A DNA stretch of 64,000 bases from Malacoraja senta (GCA_038087875.1 CM075993.1:1178001-1242000), one strand, 5' to 3'. Positions 52,369 through 61,423 are shown, counted from the stretch's first letter. Made by a program: numbers and translations. Notes: generated from the letters alone by a model not told the origin.

Positions 52369-55300
52369 CGTGCGTGTGCAGACGGTTGTTCCAGCTCGAG
52401 GTTTTTCAGGCGAGTCCCCTCGATCTTGAAGGTCAAAGACAGTCGCTGAAAAGTCGCGTTAGTGGGACGGGCCCCCTAATTCTTATCATTTGGTTATGGT
52501 GGGCAAACCAATCAGAGTTTTGATTAAATGCATAAGTTCTGGGAAGAGGAGAGTCACTTTGTCTGTGCTATCAAGAACAGAGCAGTATCAAACACGAAAG
52601 GATGCCTCCAGCAGAAATCTCTTGTATTTGCATTAAATATTAATTTAGTGTTACCAAGAAACGCTTCCCAAAAATCAAGCTTTTGAATTAAAAATGCTTT
52701 GATTTCCCTGGAGTCCCGCTTACATTTAGAATGTTGAACAGTGGAGCACAGGAACAGGCCCCAAGGCCTGTGTGCCAACCATGTGTGTGCCAACCATGGT
52801 ACCAAATTACAGTAAATAAAATCTATTTGCTTCCATATGGTCTATATCACTTCATTCCCTGCATATTCATTTGTCTTTGTAAAGGTATCTTAAACAGCGC
52901 CATCTTATTGCTTCCACCACTTACTCTGGCACCACAACCAAGACACCTTCCACGCTAACACTTGCCTCACACATCTCCTTTAAACTCCCTCTCCCCCTCA
53001 TCTTAAAGCTATGCCCTCCAATATTTGACAATTTCACAGTGGGAAAATGTTCTACTGTCTACTCCTCCTATCCCTCACAAGGTCTTACAAACATCTCCAT
53101 CGGGTCTCTTCCCACCCTCTGACGCTCCAGAGAAAGCAATTCAAACCTGTCCAACCTTTCCTGATAATTAATACTCTTTAATCCAGGCAACTTCTTGGTG
53201 AACCCCTCCCTTCCCCCCCCCCCCCCCTCCCTTCCAAAGCCTCCACATCCTGTCTATAATGCAACAACCAGAAAGGCACACAGGTCTCCAAATGATAACC
53301 AAAGTTATCATCGAGTCACACAACACTTCCCAAGATGCTTCCATATAATGTGAAAGTCCTACCCTGGTTTGACTTCCTAAAATGCAACACCTCACACTGT
53401 ATCTGAATTAAACTCCATTTGTCATTCCTCAGCCCACTTATCCATCCCTCTGTGATTCCTGATAACGGTACCTCTGTAGTGTATGTAATAATGTATATAA
53501 TGGTAACTATAATTTAAAGAAGTGAGTAGCAGGATGGTGTGATTTGTGTCATGTGATATATTCATTATCTTGTCAGTCCCATGAATATGTATGAACATGC
53601 GCAGTGTACTTTTATAAAATAAAGAAGACCCACACTGGCAACAGCGTGGACTGAAAACCTGTGCTTTGTTTTCTATCTACATGCTGCTGCCGTAATATCT
53701 TACAACCACCTATTTTAGTGACATCTGCAAAAGGCATCAGTCACGTAACTATACCTATATGCCCCATGTTTAGTCCAGATAATGAAAAAGCAAGAATAAG
53801 ACATCTACATGACTGGCAAGATGGATTTTGACCTCGGATACCATTTGCAGCAAAGCTAGCCAAACATCAATCAAACATCAAACAATGATTGTGGAACAAG
53901 CTACCAGAGGAAGTCGTTGAGGCAGGGACTATCCCAATGTTTAAGAAACAGTTATAGACAGGCACATGGATAAGACAGATTTGGAGAGATATGGGCCAAA
54001 TGCAGGCAGGTGGAACTAGTGTAGCTGGGACACGTTTCCACACTGTATCACTCTAAGTAGTAAATGCAATTGATCAGTTTGTCCTAGCAGAGGGCACAAA
54101 CTAACTGTGGAACCCTGTTGAACACCATTGAAGCCAGCTGCAATAACACAAAAGAATGCTTGGAGTTTTAAATAAATACTACATGTGGAATAAAGAACAT
54201 GACAAATTCCTATAAAATATTACAAGAGCAGACAGCAATTTGAGCAATCTAATTTTCACATTCCTTTCAAAGACAGACAGACCAAGGACCAGGAAATTAA
54301 AGACAGCAATTTCATTCAGGTCAATGAAAATTTAGCCTCCTGTTGAAAATGAAATTTATCATAATTGTTGTTATAATGAAACAAATGTAGATATTATATT
54401 TCTTTTAATCAGTTATATTTCTATTAAACATTTCAACATTTAATATTGCCACCACAGAAAAGCTGATTATGAAGTCATGTTTCCCATTCACAGAAGATAA
54501 GACACAGAATGCTGGAGTAACTAAGCGGGACAGGCAGCATTTCTGGAGAGAAGAAATGGGTGACGTTTCGGGTCGAGACCCTTCTTCAGACTTCATCTCT
54601 CCAGAGATGCTGCCTGTCCCAAATGAGTTCCTCCAGCATTTTGTGTCTATCTTCGGTTTAAACCAGCATCTGCAGTTCCTTCCTACACATTTCCCATTCA
54701 CAGAATACGCAACATTGTAGTCCATTCTACTGTATTTTATGTTACCTCAGATAATTTATAGGGTAGGATAAGTCTTTCTCCAACTGTCACAGTCTTCCGG
54801 GTGGTCAGTGCATCAAAAAGTGTCTCCTCTTTAACCTAGTTTAAGAACAGTGTTTATCAAAGTGAGTAGCATAATGTAGACTTCACTATTGGCAGCAATC
54901 ATGGCACTCGAGCTATTAATACACATTTGAGTCCTCTTCTGTAATGTGTTTACTTTATATTTATGATGTTACTTGATCAAGATGTATTTGACATGGTAAT
55001 CTTTCTCCCAACTTCAGAGGTAAACCTCATCTCTAATTAAACTTAATGTTGTCTTTCCTATAGCAGGGATTAGCATATTTTACAGCATTAATCTTTCTTC
55101 CAACTTCAGAGGTAAACCTCGTCTCTCTATTTGTAATCCCTGTTCGGAGGTTTTTATTTTCTTCTGCAGGGTTACAAATAAGAAACTCAGATGCAAACTA
55201 TCCTAGATGCGATTGTCTAGAATTGGCTTTTTGTACATCCCAATTGAAACCAATTCAACAATGAATGTCATGCCGTCAGTAGCAAAGACTCAAACATCTA

Positions 55301-56915
55301 GAATTCCTTTCTCTTCTACCTATTCACCATCTTCCAAATCATTCCATACAGGTTTTTGAAGGTTTATAGGACTTTGGTTGGGCTATTTGGATTATTGCAT
55401 GCAGTTGTGGTCACCACATTACTGGAAGGATGTGGAGGATTTGGAAAGGTTGCAGAAGCTTGCCAGAATTATGTCTTGGCGAGAGGGAGAGACTTGGATT
55501 GTTCTTTTTCCAAGAACATTGGAGGTTGCGGGGAGACCTGACAGCGGTACTTACAATTATGAGAGGCATAGATAGGTTAGAGAGTCCTAACCTTTTACCC
55601 CAAGATGGGAAAATCAAATACCAGAAGGCATAGTTTTACAGGGAGGGTGGCAATTTTAAGGAGATGTGCCAGGCAAGTTTTGTTTACACAGAAGATGGCG
55701 AGTGCCTGGAACATGCTGCCAGGGGTGGTGGTTCAGGAAGATATGATAGAGACATTTAGGAGACTTTTAGGGAATGGGAGACATGGATTAAATGCAGGTA
55801 GATAGGAATTAGTCTTGGCATCATGTTCAGCATGGACATTGTGAGCTGAAAGTTCCTCTGCTGTACTGTTCTATATTCCGTATCTAACATCACCACGTGC
55901 AGCTTGGTGTTAAATAGTGTTTACTTTCCCTTCTGTGAAATACTTTGGAATATTTCATTACATTGGAAACACTAAATAAACACAAACTGCTCTTCTTGTA
56001 TTTGATGATTACCTTCCACTATTTTCACCCATTGCCAGTAATGAGGACGTACACATTTTAGTGGGCAAGAAAAACTGCTCAGAAGCCAAACAATGGGCAA
56101 ATCAGAGAGCATTTCTGCAAAAGTTTCAAAGAACCTCAAATGAACTTGCACCACATTTTAAATAGGAATTAATTCATCAAAAGAACAAAATTGCCCTCAA
56201 ATTCTACACAGTAAAATTAGTAGAATTGTTGACTGGATTCACTACCTCCAGAAGTTCTGAGACAATGGGTAACACCTCTGGATTACAGATGTCAATGGAA
56301 TCGTCACGATAGGACTTCTTTTTGTATTTTATATTCCCAACGTGCAATATTGCAGATAGAAGAGAAAAAATTCTGTAAATAAAACATAAATAAAATAAAA
56401 TCATATTCAGGATACATTTCTGTCTTAGAATTCAAAAGAATAGTAGGTCCTGGACTCAAAGCACATAAATCACCCCCTGGATTTCACCAATGTTGCTCTG
56501 CATCATTTTCAAGAGAATGACAGCAGGTTACTGGAACATTTGAGCTCACACACACACACACTTCTCTCTGCCGAAGTAACTTGACTTTCCCCAACCCGGG
56601 GTAACATCGTCATCGATGTAAACGATATGCAACTCAGTGGAGATCACCTAATACAACATGGTACAAGACTGAGGCTTTGAGAAATCATGAAAAATAGACA
56701 TGGTCTCCAGCATATAAATGCTCCAGTTAAAACCACAATCTCAAGTTATTTTTAAATATTTAATATCTGCCTCGACAATACATAATCAAGTTGTGTATTT
56801 CCGGCCAATCAACTCACCGATTCCGTGTTTTAGGCAGAAATCCAACCATCTCCATTGCCAGCTGTAAGCGCTCAAAGTCGTGTTTCAGATCCTCCCCCTC
56901 AACTATAAAACTGTC
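1096..56915 (-). CDS. MYO9A: Unconventional myosin-IXa, partial gene span (21 coding exons in window; motor domain, IQ neck, proximal tail)
   Basis: Exons splice in consistent phase to 1437 codons. They include the myosin motifs [10 protein letters not shown] (switch II) and [10 protein letters not shown], the class-IX loop-2 insertion (..[14 protein letters not shown]), 6 IQ motifs and the tail segment [20 protein letters not shown] that I recognise from MYO9A rather than MYO9B. Confidence 0.95.
2087..2192 (-). CDS. MYO9A: MYO9A tail exon ([35 protein letters not shown])
   Basis: tttacag|G acceptor, GAT|gtaagc donor, 106 nt; supplies the phase 2->0 link between flanking exons. Confidence 0.8.
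3760..3935 (-). mobile_element. V-SINE/HE1-like SINE fragment
   Basis: GGGATGTGGTAGAAAACTGGAGCACTCAGAGGAAACCCAGGCAGTCACAGGGAGAACATGCAATCTCCACAC is the reverse complement of a V-domain-like core. Confidence 0.7.
4663..6357 (-). CDS. MYO9A: MYO9A large tail exon (1695 nt; low-complexity and coiled-coil)
   Basis: ttttag|A acceptor, AA|gtaagt donor; contains the 562-aa ORF with [20 protein letters not shown] and the coiled coil [19 protein letters not shown]. Confidence 0.94.
6540..6650. repeat. Imperfect (GA)n purine-rich microsatellite
   Basis: Seen directly. Confidence 0.85.
6818..7122 (-). CDS. MYO9A: MYO9A IQ-repeat exon (IQ2-IQ6)
   Basis: ttgcag|AAT acceptor, AG|gtaata donor, 305 nt; IQAVWKG, IQRCWRD, IQKYWRR, IQAANRG motifs. 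Confidence 0.95.
8160..8309 (-). CDS. MYO9A: MYO9A exon, end of motor and IQ1 ([31 protein letters not shown]...VVIQ)
   Basis: tgtag|ATA acceptor, CAG|gtttgt donor, 150 nt. Confidence 0.95.
9049..9171 (-). CDS. MYO9A: MYO9A converter exon ([41 protein letters not shown])
   Basis: tttcag|GAA acceptor, ATG|gtgcgt donor, 123 nt. Confidence 0.93.
10094..10204 (-). CDS. MYO9A: MYO9A exon ([37 protein letters not shown]), GC donor
   Basis: gacag|CTT acceptor, CAG|gcaagt non-canonical donor, 111 nt. Confidence 0.93.
10883..10963 (-). CDS. MYO9A: MYO9A exon ([27 protein letters not shown])
   Basis: tgcag|GCT acceptor, AAG|gtattg donor, 81 nt. Confidence 0.96.
11927..12049 (-). CDS. MYO9A: MYO9A exon ([41 protein letters not shown])
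   Basis: ctgcag|CAC acceptor, CAG|gtaagt donor, 123 nt. Confidence 0.96.
13419..13509. repeat. 15-bp minisatellite, 6 units (GTGTGT[TC/GA]ATCAT[CC/TT])
   Basis: Tandem units visible directly. Confidence 0.9.
13662..14775 (+). mobile_element. Nested CR1 fragments interrupted by a GC-rich repeat
   Basis: CR1 ORF2 C-terminal peptide ([18 protein letters not shown]) and 3' UTR; interrupted at 14261-14688. Confidence 0.8.
14261..14688 (-). mobile_element. Unclassified GC/CpG-rich interspersed repeat (possible LINE 5' region)
   Basis: Abrupt compositional shift inside the CR1; CpG-rich; T-rich stretch on the minus strand. Confidence 0.5.
14968..15007 (-). CDS. MYO9A: MYO9A small exon ([13 protein letters not shown])
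   Basis: actag|G acceptor, AAG|gtgaga donor, 40 nt; restores phase 2->0. Confidence 0.9.
17138..17281 (-). CDS. MYO9A: MYO9A loop-2 exon ([48 protein letters not shown])
   Basis: cacag|T acceptor, AT|gtaagt donor, 144 nt. Confidence 0.93.
19335..19983 (-). mobile_element. Penelope-like element with 5' inversion
   Basis: GIY-YIG C-terminal remnant at 19680-19875; pLTR at 19335-19470; inverted pLTR at 19900-19983; near-TSD AAC(G/A)CAATGCT. Confidence 0.85.
21862..21930 (+). promoter_or_regulatory. LTR U3 promoter motifs (ETS, GC box, E-box/CRE, TATA-like)
   Basis: CAGGAAGT 21869-76, GGGCGG 21881-86, CACGTG 21888-93, TGACGTCA 21892-99, TACTTAAG 21922-29. Confidence 0.55.
22001..22018 (-). other. 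Perfect tRNA-Trp primer-binding sequence (TGGTGACCCCGACGTGAT on the minus strand)
   Basis: The plus strand ATCACGTCGGGGTCACCA equals the 3' 18 nt of vertebrate tRNA-Trp including CCA; a second, imperfect PBS lies at 22118-22132 on the plus strand. Confidence 0.85.
22146..22634 (+). pseudogene. Truncated gag (DUF7041-like N-terminus VKLPNFW...[13 protein letters not shown]...RFYYLV)
   Basis: ORF track 22080..22634; motif typical of Gypsy gag N-termini; truncated where it runs into the LTR R region. Confidence 0.8.
23200..23512. mobile_element. Inverted pair of Penelope pLTR fragments
   Basis: Head-to-head copies of the CTGA(C/A)GA..GA/ACCCGAAA motif region. Confidence 0.8.
23670..23745 (-). 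CDS. MYO9A: MYO9A loop-2 exon ([25 protein letters not shown])
   Basis: attag|GT acceptor, CG|gtagga donor, 76 nt, phase 1->2. Confidence 0.9.
26000..26119 (-). CDS. MYO9A: MYO9A loop-2 insertion exon ([40 protein letters not shown])
   Basis: tttccaag|GG acceptor, A|gtaagg donor, 120 nt, symmetric phase 1-1. Confidence 0.93.
28290..28945 (+). mobile_element. Degenerate CR1 3' fragment
   Basis: Similar to the CR1 ORF2 C-terminus and 3' UTR elsewhere in the window; boundaries approximate. Confidence 0.7.
30324..30519 (-). CDS. MYO9A: MYO9A exon ([18 protein letters not shown]...[13 protein letters not shown])
   Basis: tgcag|GAC acceptor, G|gtaagg donor, 196 nt. Confidence 0.96.
30826..31027 (+). 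mobile_element. 5'-truncated Vingi/Ingi-like LINE 3' end
   Basis: Degenerate frame ..[24 protein letters not shown] (CCHC finger); GACACGAAAA(GAA)n tail; 7-bp TSD AGTGCGC at 30819-30825 and 31028-31034. Confidence 0.65.
32292..32433 (-). CDS. MYO9A: MYO9A exon ([47 protein letters not shown])
   Basis: tttcag|T acceptor, AAG|gtgggt donor, 142 nt; HYAGKVKY motif. Confidence 0.96.
32525..32578 (+). ncRNA. HDV-like self-cleaving ribozyme motif (minimal P4)
   Basis: P1 GGGATGG/CCGCCCT with G1-U wobble and one mismatch; P2 GATTGCA/TGTAATC; P3 ACC/GGT; L3 TTCACGT; short GTTTCGA; J4/2 C-T-A-A; begins at the first base after the TSD. Confidence 0.75.
32525..32667 (+). mobile_element. Short non-autonomous retroposon (ribozyme head, hairpin body, CATACGCAA(GAA)n tail), Vingi/Ingi-like
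   Basis: 11-bp TSD GAGACATACCA at 32514-32524 and 32668-32678; (GAA)n tail. Confidence 0.85.
32968..34191 (+). mobile_element. 5'-truncated L1/Tx1-type LINE (ORF2 C-terminus with zinc finger, T-rich 3' UTR, A/AAT tail)
   Basis: 271-aa ORF with QFKILHRLY and [14 protein letters not shown]; AATAAA; 17-bp TSD TAATTATAACTAATCAG at 32951-32967 and 34192-34208. Confidence 0.9.
34300..37590 (+). mobile_element. Old, degenerate, long CR1 (ORF1 esterase-like, endonuclease and RT remnants) with a nested insertion at about 35755-36150
   Basis: Frameshifted remnants resembling CR1 EN (GDFN-like, DLVMSN) and RT ([18 protein letters not shown]); boundaries approximate. Confidence 0.7.
37815..37936 (-). 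CDS. MYO9A: MYO9A exon ([41 protein letters not shown])
   Basis: tacag|GAG acceptor, AA|gtaagt donor, 122 nt. Confidence 0.96.
38581..38713 (-). mobile_element. Young CR1 3' terminus
   Basis: (AGAAACAT)n tail; near-identical to the reverse complement of about 60000-60120. Confidence 0.88.
40252..40421. repeat. Near-perfect ~170-bp palindrome of Penelope pLTR sequence
   Basis: TAGACAAAAATGCTGG...GAGACC / GGTCTC...CCAGCATTTTTGTCTA arms. Confidence 0.9.
41295..41700 (+). mobile_element. V-SINE/HE1-like SINE, degenerate
   Basis: GGAGTTTGCACATTTTCCTTGTGACCACATGGGTTTCC..CCACATCCC core. Confidence 0.6.
46999..47214. mobile_element. Penelope pLTR hairpin insertion within a CR1 3' UTR
   Basis: Inverted arms; 14-bp TSD GGCCTGTTCCTGTG at 46985-46998 and 47215-47228. 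Confidence 0.88.
47555..48100 (+). mobile_element. Rex1/L2-like LINE 3' fragment (related pieces at about 7440-7950, 12190-12590, 35755-36150, 41870-42220)
   Basis: [18 protein letters not shown]-like remnant; 3' end ..GGTACACATGACATTAATAAAC. Confidence 0.65.
48664..48875. mobile_element. PIF/Harbinger-type MITE
   Basis: TIRs TGGGCCTGTCCGACTTAGG / CCTAAGTGGGACAGGCCCA; TAA TSD. Confidence 0.85.
48995..49129 (-). CDS. MYO9A: MYO9A exon, switch II/relay ([45 protein letters not shown])
   Basis: ttgtag|ATT acceptor, CAG|gtaaaa donor, 135 nt; invariant myosin motif. Confidence 0.97.
49968..50081 (-). CDS. MYO9A: MYO9A exon ([38 protein letters not shown])
   Basis: tgcag|GCA acceptor, AAG|gtgagt donor, 114 nt. 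Confidence 0.95.
51825..52476. mobile_element. PIF/Harbinger-type non-autonomous element containing (TG)n
   Basis: TIRs AGGGCCTGTCAAACT / AGTGGGACGGGCCCC; TAA flanks; (TG)n at about 52317-52360. Confidence 0.75.
54496..54689. mobile_element. Penelope pLTR hairpin insertion with an intact hammerhead-like core on the minus strand (54561-54590)
   Basis: 16-bp TSD TTTCCCATTCACAGAA at 54480-54495 and 54690-54705; minus strand reads CTGAAGAAGGGTCTCGACCCGAAACGTCA. Confidence 0.88.
54746..54835 (-). CDS. MYO9A: MYO9A exon ([30 protein letters not shown])
   Basis: ctag|GTT acceptor, GAG|gtaac donor, 90 nt. Confidence 0.95.
55350..55880 (+). mobile_element. Degenerate CR1 3' fragment
   Basis: [23 protein letters not shown] remnant and 3' UTR. 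Confidence 0.75.
56246..56372 (-). CDS. MYO9A: MYO9A exon ([42 protein letters not shown])
   Basis: tttacag|A acceptor, GAG|gtagt donor, 127 nt, phase 2->0. Confidence 0.95.
56818..56915 (-). CDS. MYO9A: MYO9A exon ([33 protein letters not shown])
   Basis: cag|GAC acceptor, CG|gtgagt donor, 98 nt; motor-domain homology. Confidence 0.93.
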
Positions 56916-57431
56916 CTGCTGAATTTAGATCAAACAATTTCCAGTTAGACAATATTATATACAAGTGCTACAATCAATTGTCACCCCTCCTCCTAGAAGT
57001 CACTGGCTCCTTCCTGGAGTATCGTTTCACATATATTAGTTGCCATCACTTGAAATTGGCTATTACTTAGGTAAGAGCCTTGACGTTGAGCCTGATACAT
57101 TGTCTGACTGCAAAGAACAATATTATTATCATCCATTATAGATATTTGCAGAAAATCAGAAATAGAAGCAACACTGATTGTGGACCCCCTCCAATTGCCC
57201 CAACACACCAGTCTTCAAACTTTATGCCATAAATTCACAGCTCTCAGTGTATAGATCAAGAACTGTACTTGTCTAAAAAAAACAGTTTTGATTGTTATTT
57301 GCCCGAATACTTTCAGAAATCAATAGGATCTCAGCCTATCAACAAAAGGCCCCAAATCCAACAGGAGCCAGTATCTGAAGTTTACTTAACTACTCATACA
57401 AAGAGATTGAATTTCACAAACGGTCATCTTA

Positions 57432-57740
57432 AAGCCCTGTCCCACTGTACGAGTTCATTCAAAGAGTTCTCCCGAGTTTGCCCTGATTCGAACTCGGAGA
57501 TTTACGGTAATGGCCGCTCGTCGGTACTCGGGGTTCTCGTGGACATTTTTCAACATGTTGAAAAATCTTCAGGAGTCTTCCCGAACTTACCGAGTACCTG
57601 CCGTTAGCGTTACGAGCCGCTAAGAGACGTCCCCGAGCTCCGACGTACCCGCTACGTTCATTCTACGTGCTTCCCACGAGTTTTTTTTAAATTTTACTCG
57701 GGAGAGCACTTGAATGAACTCGTACAGTTGGACTGGGCCA
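57432..57740. mobile_element. PIF/Harbinger-type MITE
   Basis: TIRs ..GCCCTGTCCCACTGTACGAGTTCATTCAA / TTGAATGAACTCGTACAGTTGGACTGGGC; TTA flanks. Confidence 0.82.
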
Positions 57741-58316
57741 TTAAGATTCGTCCAGGTCCATCAACAAATGTTTGATGCACTGAGAGCAAATTAGAGCAGT
57801 AATGTAAAATTTGGATTACAGAGCATTAGCTATAACATGCTAGAAGAACATGCTGCCAGGAATGATGGTGGAGGCAAATATGAAAGGAGCATTTAAGAGG
57901 CACTTAGATAAGCACATGAGTAGGCACAAAATGGAGGGATATGGATTACGTGTAGGCAGAAGAGATTAACTTGGTATCATGATCGGCACAAACATTGTGA
58001 GCCGAAACTGTGCTGGACTGCTTTATGTTCTATGCATCCAAGGGAGGACTTTTGGAAGTTAATTCATGCACCATAATTATTCCTATCTAATCAGTGCCCA
58101 ATATAAAGGAGCTGAAACAGCATGCTCTAAACATACACCTGGAATTCTGTCTGCTCAAAACCAAAGTGATTAAGCTGTTGAGAGGGCAGAAAAGATTCAG
58201 AAGGATGTTTCTGGGATTGGAGTTATGACAAGAGAATGGATAGGCTGGGACTATTTTCTGTGGAGTAAAGGCGGCTGAGGTTTATGAAATCATGAGTGGC
58301 ATAGATACCGTGGATG

Positions 58317-58485
58317 TTTAAGAAGGAACTGCAGATGCTGGAAAATCAAAGGTACACAAAAATGCTGGAGAAACTCAGCGGGTGAGGCAGTCTGAAGAAG
58401 GGTCTCAACCCGAAACGTTGCCTATTTCCTTTGCTCCATAGATGCTGCCTCACCCGCTGAGTTTCTCCAGCATTTTTGTCTCCCT
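58317..58485. mobile_element. Penelope pLTR hairpin insertion within a CR1
   Basis: Inverted arms; TSD TAGATACCGTG(G/A)ATG at 58302-58316 and 58486-58500. Confidence 0.85.
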
Positions 58486-58807
58486 TAGATACCGTGAATG
58501 ATCACAGGCTTTTTTCTACTGTAGGGGAGTTTAGGTTTAAGATGAGAGGGAAAAGATTTAAAGGGGACGTAAGTGGGCAATGTTTTTCAACAAAGGTGAT
58601 GGATATATGCATTTAATGTGATAGAGGCAGGTACAATTATAATGTTTAAAAGGCATTTTGAGAGGTTCATGAAAAACAAAAGTTTAGAGAGTTGTGGATC
58701 AAATATTTGCAACTACAACTGGCTCTGGAAGGCATGTACGAGTTGGAACGAAATTCTTATTTCTGTGTAAATGACTCTATTTGCGGTATATGAGGCAACT
58801 ACCCTTG

Positions 58808-60122
58808 GACAAATCATTGGACAAAGTCAGCATGGATTTACGAAAGGTAAATCATGTCTGATGAATCTTATAGAATTTTTCGAGGATGTAACTAGTAGCG
58901 TGGATAGGGGAGAACCAGTGGATGTGGTGTATCTGGACTTCCAGAAGGCTTTCGACAAGGTCCCACATAAGAGATTAGTATACAAACTTAAAGCACATGG
59001 CATTGGGGGTTCAGTATTGATGTGGATAGAGAACTGGCTGGCAAACAGGAAGCAAAGAGTAGGAGTAAACGGGTCCTTTTCACAATGGCAGGCAGTGACT
59101 AGTGGGGTACCGCAAGGCTCAGTGCTGGGACCCCAGCTATTTACAATATATATTAATGATCTGGATGAGGGAATTGAAGGCAATATCTCCAAGTTTGCGG
59201 ATGACACTAAGCTGGGGGGCAGTGTTAGCTGTGAGGAGGATGCTAGGAGACTGCAAGGTGACTTGGATAGGCTGGGTGAGTGGGCAAATGTTTGGCAGAT
59301 GCAGTATAATGTGGATAAATGTGAGGTTATCCATTTTGGTGGCAAAAACAGGAAAACAGACTGTTATCTAAATGGTGGCCGACTAGGAAAAGGGGAGATG
59401 CAGCGAGACCTGGGTGTCATGGAACACCAGTCATTGAAAGTAGGCATGCAGGTGCAGCAGGCAGTGAAGAAAGCGAATGGTATGTTAGCTTTCATAGCAA
59501 AAGGATTTGAGTATAGGAGCAGGGTGGTTCTACTGCAGTTGTACAGGGTCTTGGTGAGACTACACCTGGAGTATTGCGTACAGTTTTGGTCTCCAAATCT
59601 GAGGAAGGACATTATTGCCATAGAGGGAGTGCAGAGAGGGTTCACCAGACTGATTCCTGGGATGTCAGGACTGTCTTATGAAGAAAGACTGGATAGACTT
59701 GGTTTATACTCTCTAGAATTTAGGAGATTGAGAGGGGATCTTATAGAAACTTACAAAATTCTTAAGGGGTTGGACAGGCTAGATGCAGGAAGATTGCTCC
59801 CGATGTTGGGGAAGTCCAGGACAAGGGGTCACAGCTTAAGGATAAGGGGGAAATCCTTTAAAACCGAGATGAGAAGAACTTTTTTCACACAGAGAGTGGT
59901 GAATCTCTGGAACTCTCTGCCACAGAGGGTAGTCGAGGCCAGTTCATTGGCTATATTTAAGAGGGAGTTAGATGTGGCCCTTGTGGCTAAAGGGATCAGA
60001 GGGTATGGAGAGAAGGCACGTACGGGATACTGAGTTGGATGATCAGCCATGATCATATTGAATGGCGGTGCAAGCTCGAAGGGCCGAATGGCCTACTCCT
60101 GCACCTAATTTCTATGTTTCTA
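58808..60122 (+). mobile_element. Young 5'-truncated CR1 LINE with uninterrupted RT frame
   Basis: 420-aa ORF (QHGFTKGKSC, YLDFQKAFDKV, GVPQGSVLGP, FADDTK) plus CR1 3' UTR and CTATGTTT tail. Confidence 0.95.
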
Positions 60123-60361
60123 CACAAGATTTACGTATGAGTCAGTAAATAAAGCAATTGCAAGGATTCATAAGGCTATTTTGGGATAGGGAAATAAGTG
60201 GAAGTAAGGGAGCGGTTCTGCTGTTACTACAATATTGGGATATAACTACTATTTTAATCAATGAGAAAAATTCCAGTGCTTGTGTAGCTTTGTTTTAATT
60301 CCATATGCTGTTGATCTTTTACAGTTAAATGTGGATTGCCCTCATACTAAATGATAAATCT

Positions 60362-60760
60362 TAGGTAGACAAAAATGCTGGAGAAACTCATCGGGTGAGG
60401 CAGCATCTATGGAGAGAAGGAATAGGCGCATTTCGGGTCGAGACCATTCTTCAGTGACGTTGGGGGGGGCGTGAAAAAGAAAGGAAGAGGCGGAGACAGT
60501 AGGCTTGTGGCAAAGCTGGGAAGGGGGATGGGGTGGGGAAGGATGGAGAAAGCAAGGACTATCTGAAATTGGAGAAGTCAATGTTCATACCGCTGGGGTG
60601 TAAACTACCCAAGTGAAATATGAGGTGTTGTTCCTCCAATTTGGGCTGGACCTCACTCTGGCAATGGAGGAGGCCCAGGACAGAAAGGTCAGATTCAGAA
60701 TGGGAGGGGGAGTTGAAGTGCTGAGCCAGCGGGAGATCAGGTTGGTTATTGCGAACTGAG
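60362..60760 (-). mobile_element. Penelope-like element 3' end (GIY-YIG C-terminus plus pLTR)
   Basis: ORF PLAQHFNSPSH...[20 protein letters not shown] typical of PLE GIY-YIG endonuclease; pLTR with a degenerate hammerhead-like motif. Confidence 0.88.
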
Positions 60761-60964
60761 TCAGTTCGCAATCTTCAAAATCAAAATCAAAGTAATCAAA
60801 ATCTTGATTAATGATGGCTAAACATATTCCTGTAATATGGTGACAAAGAGGAACTGTTAGATAATTCTGGGCAAACCACAAAGAACAAATCCACAAAAAC
60901 AGCGAGGGAAAGCCATGCACACCTGCATTTGTTACAGTAGCATACATTTATGTATAAAGAAGCG

Positions 60965-61095
60965 TCTGAAGAAGGGTCTCGACCCAAAACGTCACTTATT
61001 CCTTTTCTCCTGTGATGCTCTCTGACCCACTGAGTTACTCCAGCTTTTTGTGTCTATCTTGGGTTTAATCCAGCATCTGCAGTTCCTTCTTACAC
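60965..61095 (+). mobile_element. Solo Penelope pLTR 3' end
   Basis: CTGAAGAAGGGTCTCGACCCAAAACGTCAC...GCATCTGCAGTTCCTTCTTACAC. Confidence 0.85.
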
Positions 61096-61423
61096 AATTA
61101 TGTTCCGGATGTTAGCCCAGTATTTGAGGGGCTGCACAAGTACTGAGCTCTCAGCTAAATGATGAAACAGTTCGCTTGATGTCATCAACTACGAGTACTT
61201 CCTTTTGGGTCAACTTAAAGGTATTAAATTGGCAGTGCATGAGGGGGTAGTTCATGGTGGGAGCTCAAACAGACAAATAGATCTAATGAGCCCCTCTATG
61301 CAGACAGAGAGAGAGTCGGACAAAGAGTTTTCTCAGGTAGGCAGACAAAGATGACCATAAGGAAACAAGGCAAACCAGAGTGAGGGGCAACAAGATTAGC
61401 AGGAAGGCAGTTTGGATGTGGGT

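Noticed and set aside
54998-55127. ~38-bp direct repeat pair (AATCTTTCT.CCAACTTCAGAGGTAAACCTC.TCTCT)
   Set aside because: Only two copies; an ordinary local duplication, not an array.
60770-60820. DFDYFDFDFED peptide as a possible upstream MYO9A exon
   Set aside because: Arises from a low-complexity (TCAAAA)n tract abutting a Penelope fragment; no donor site.
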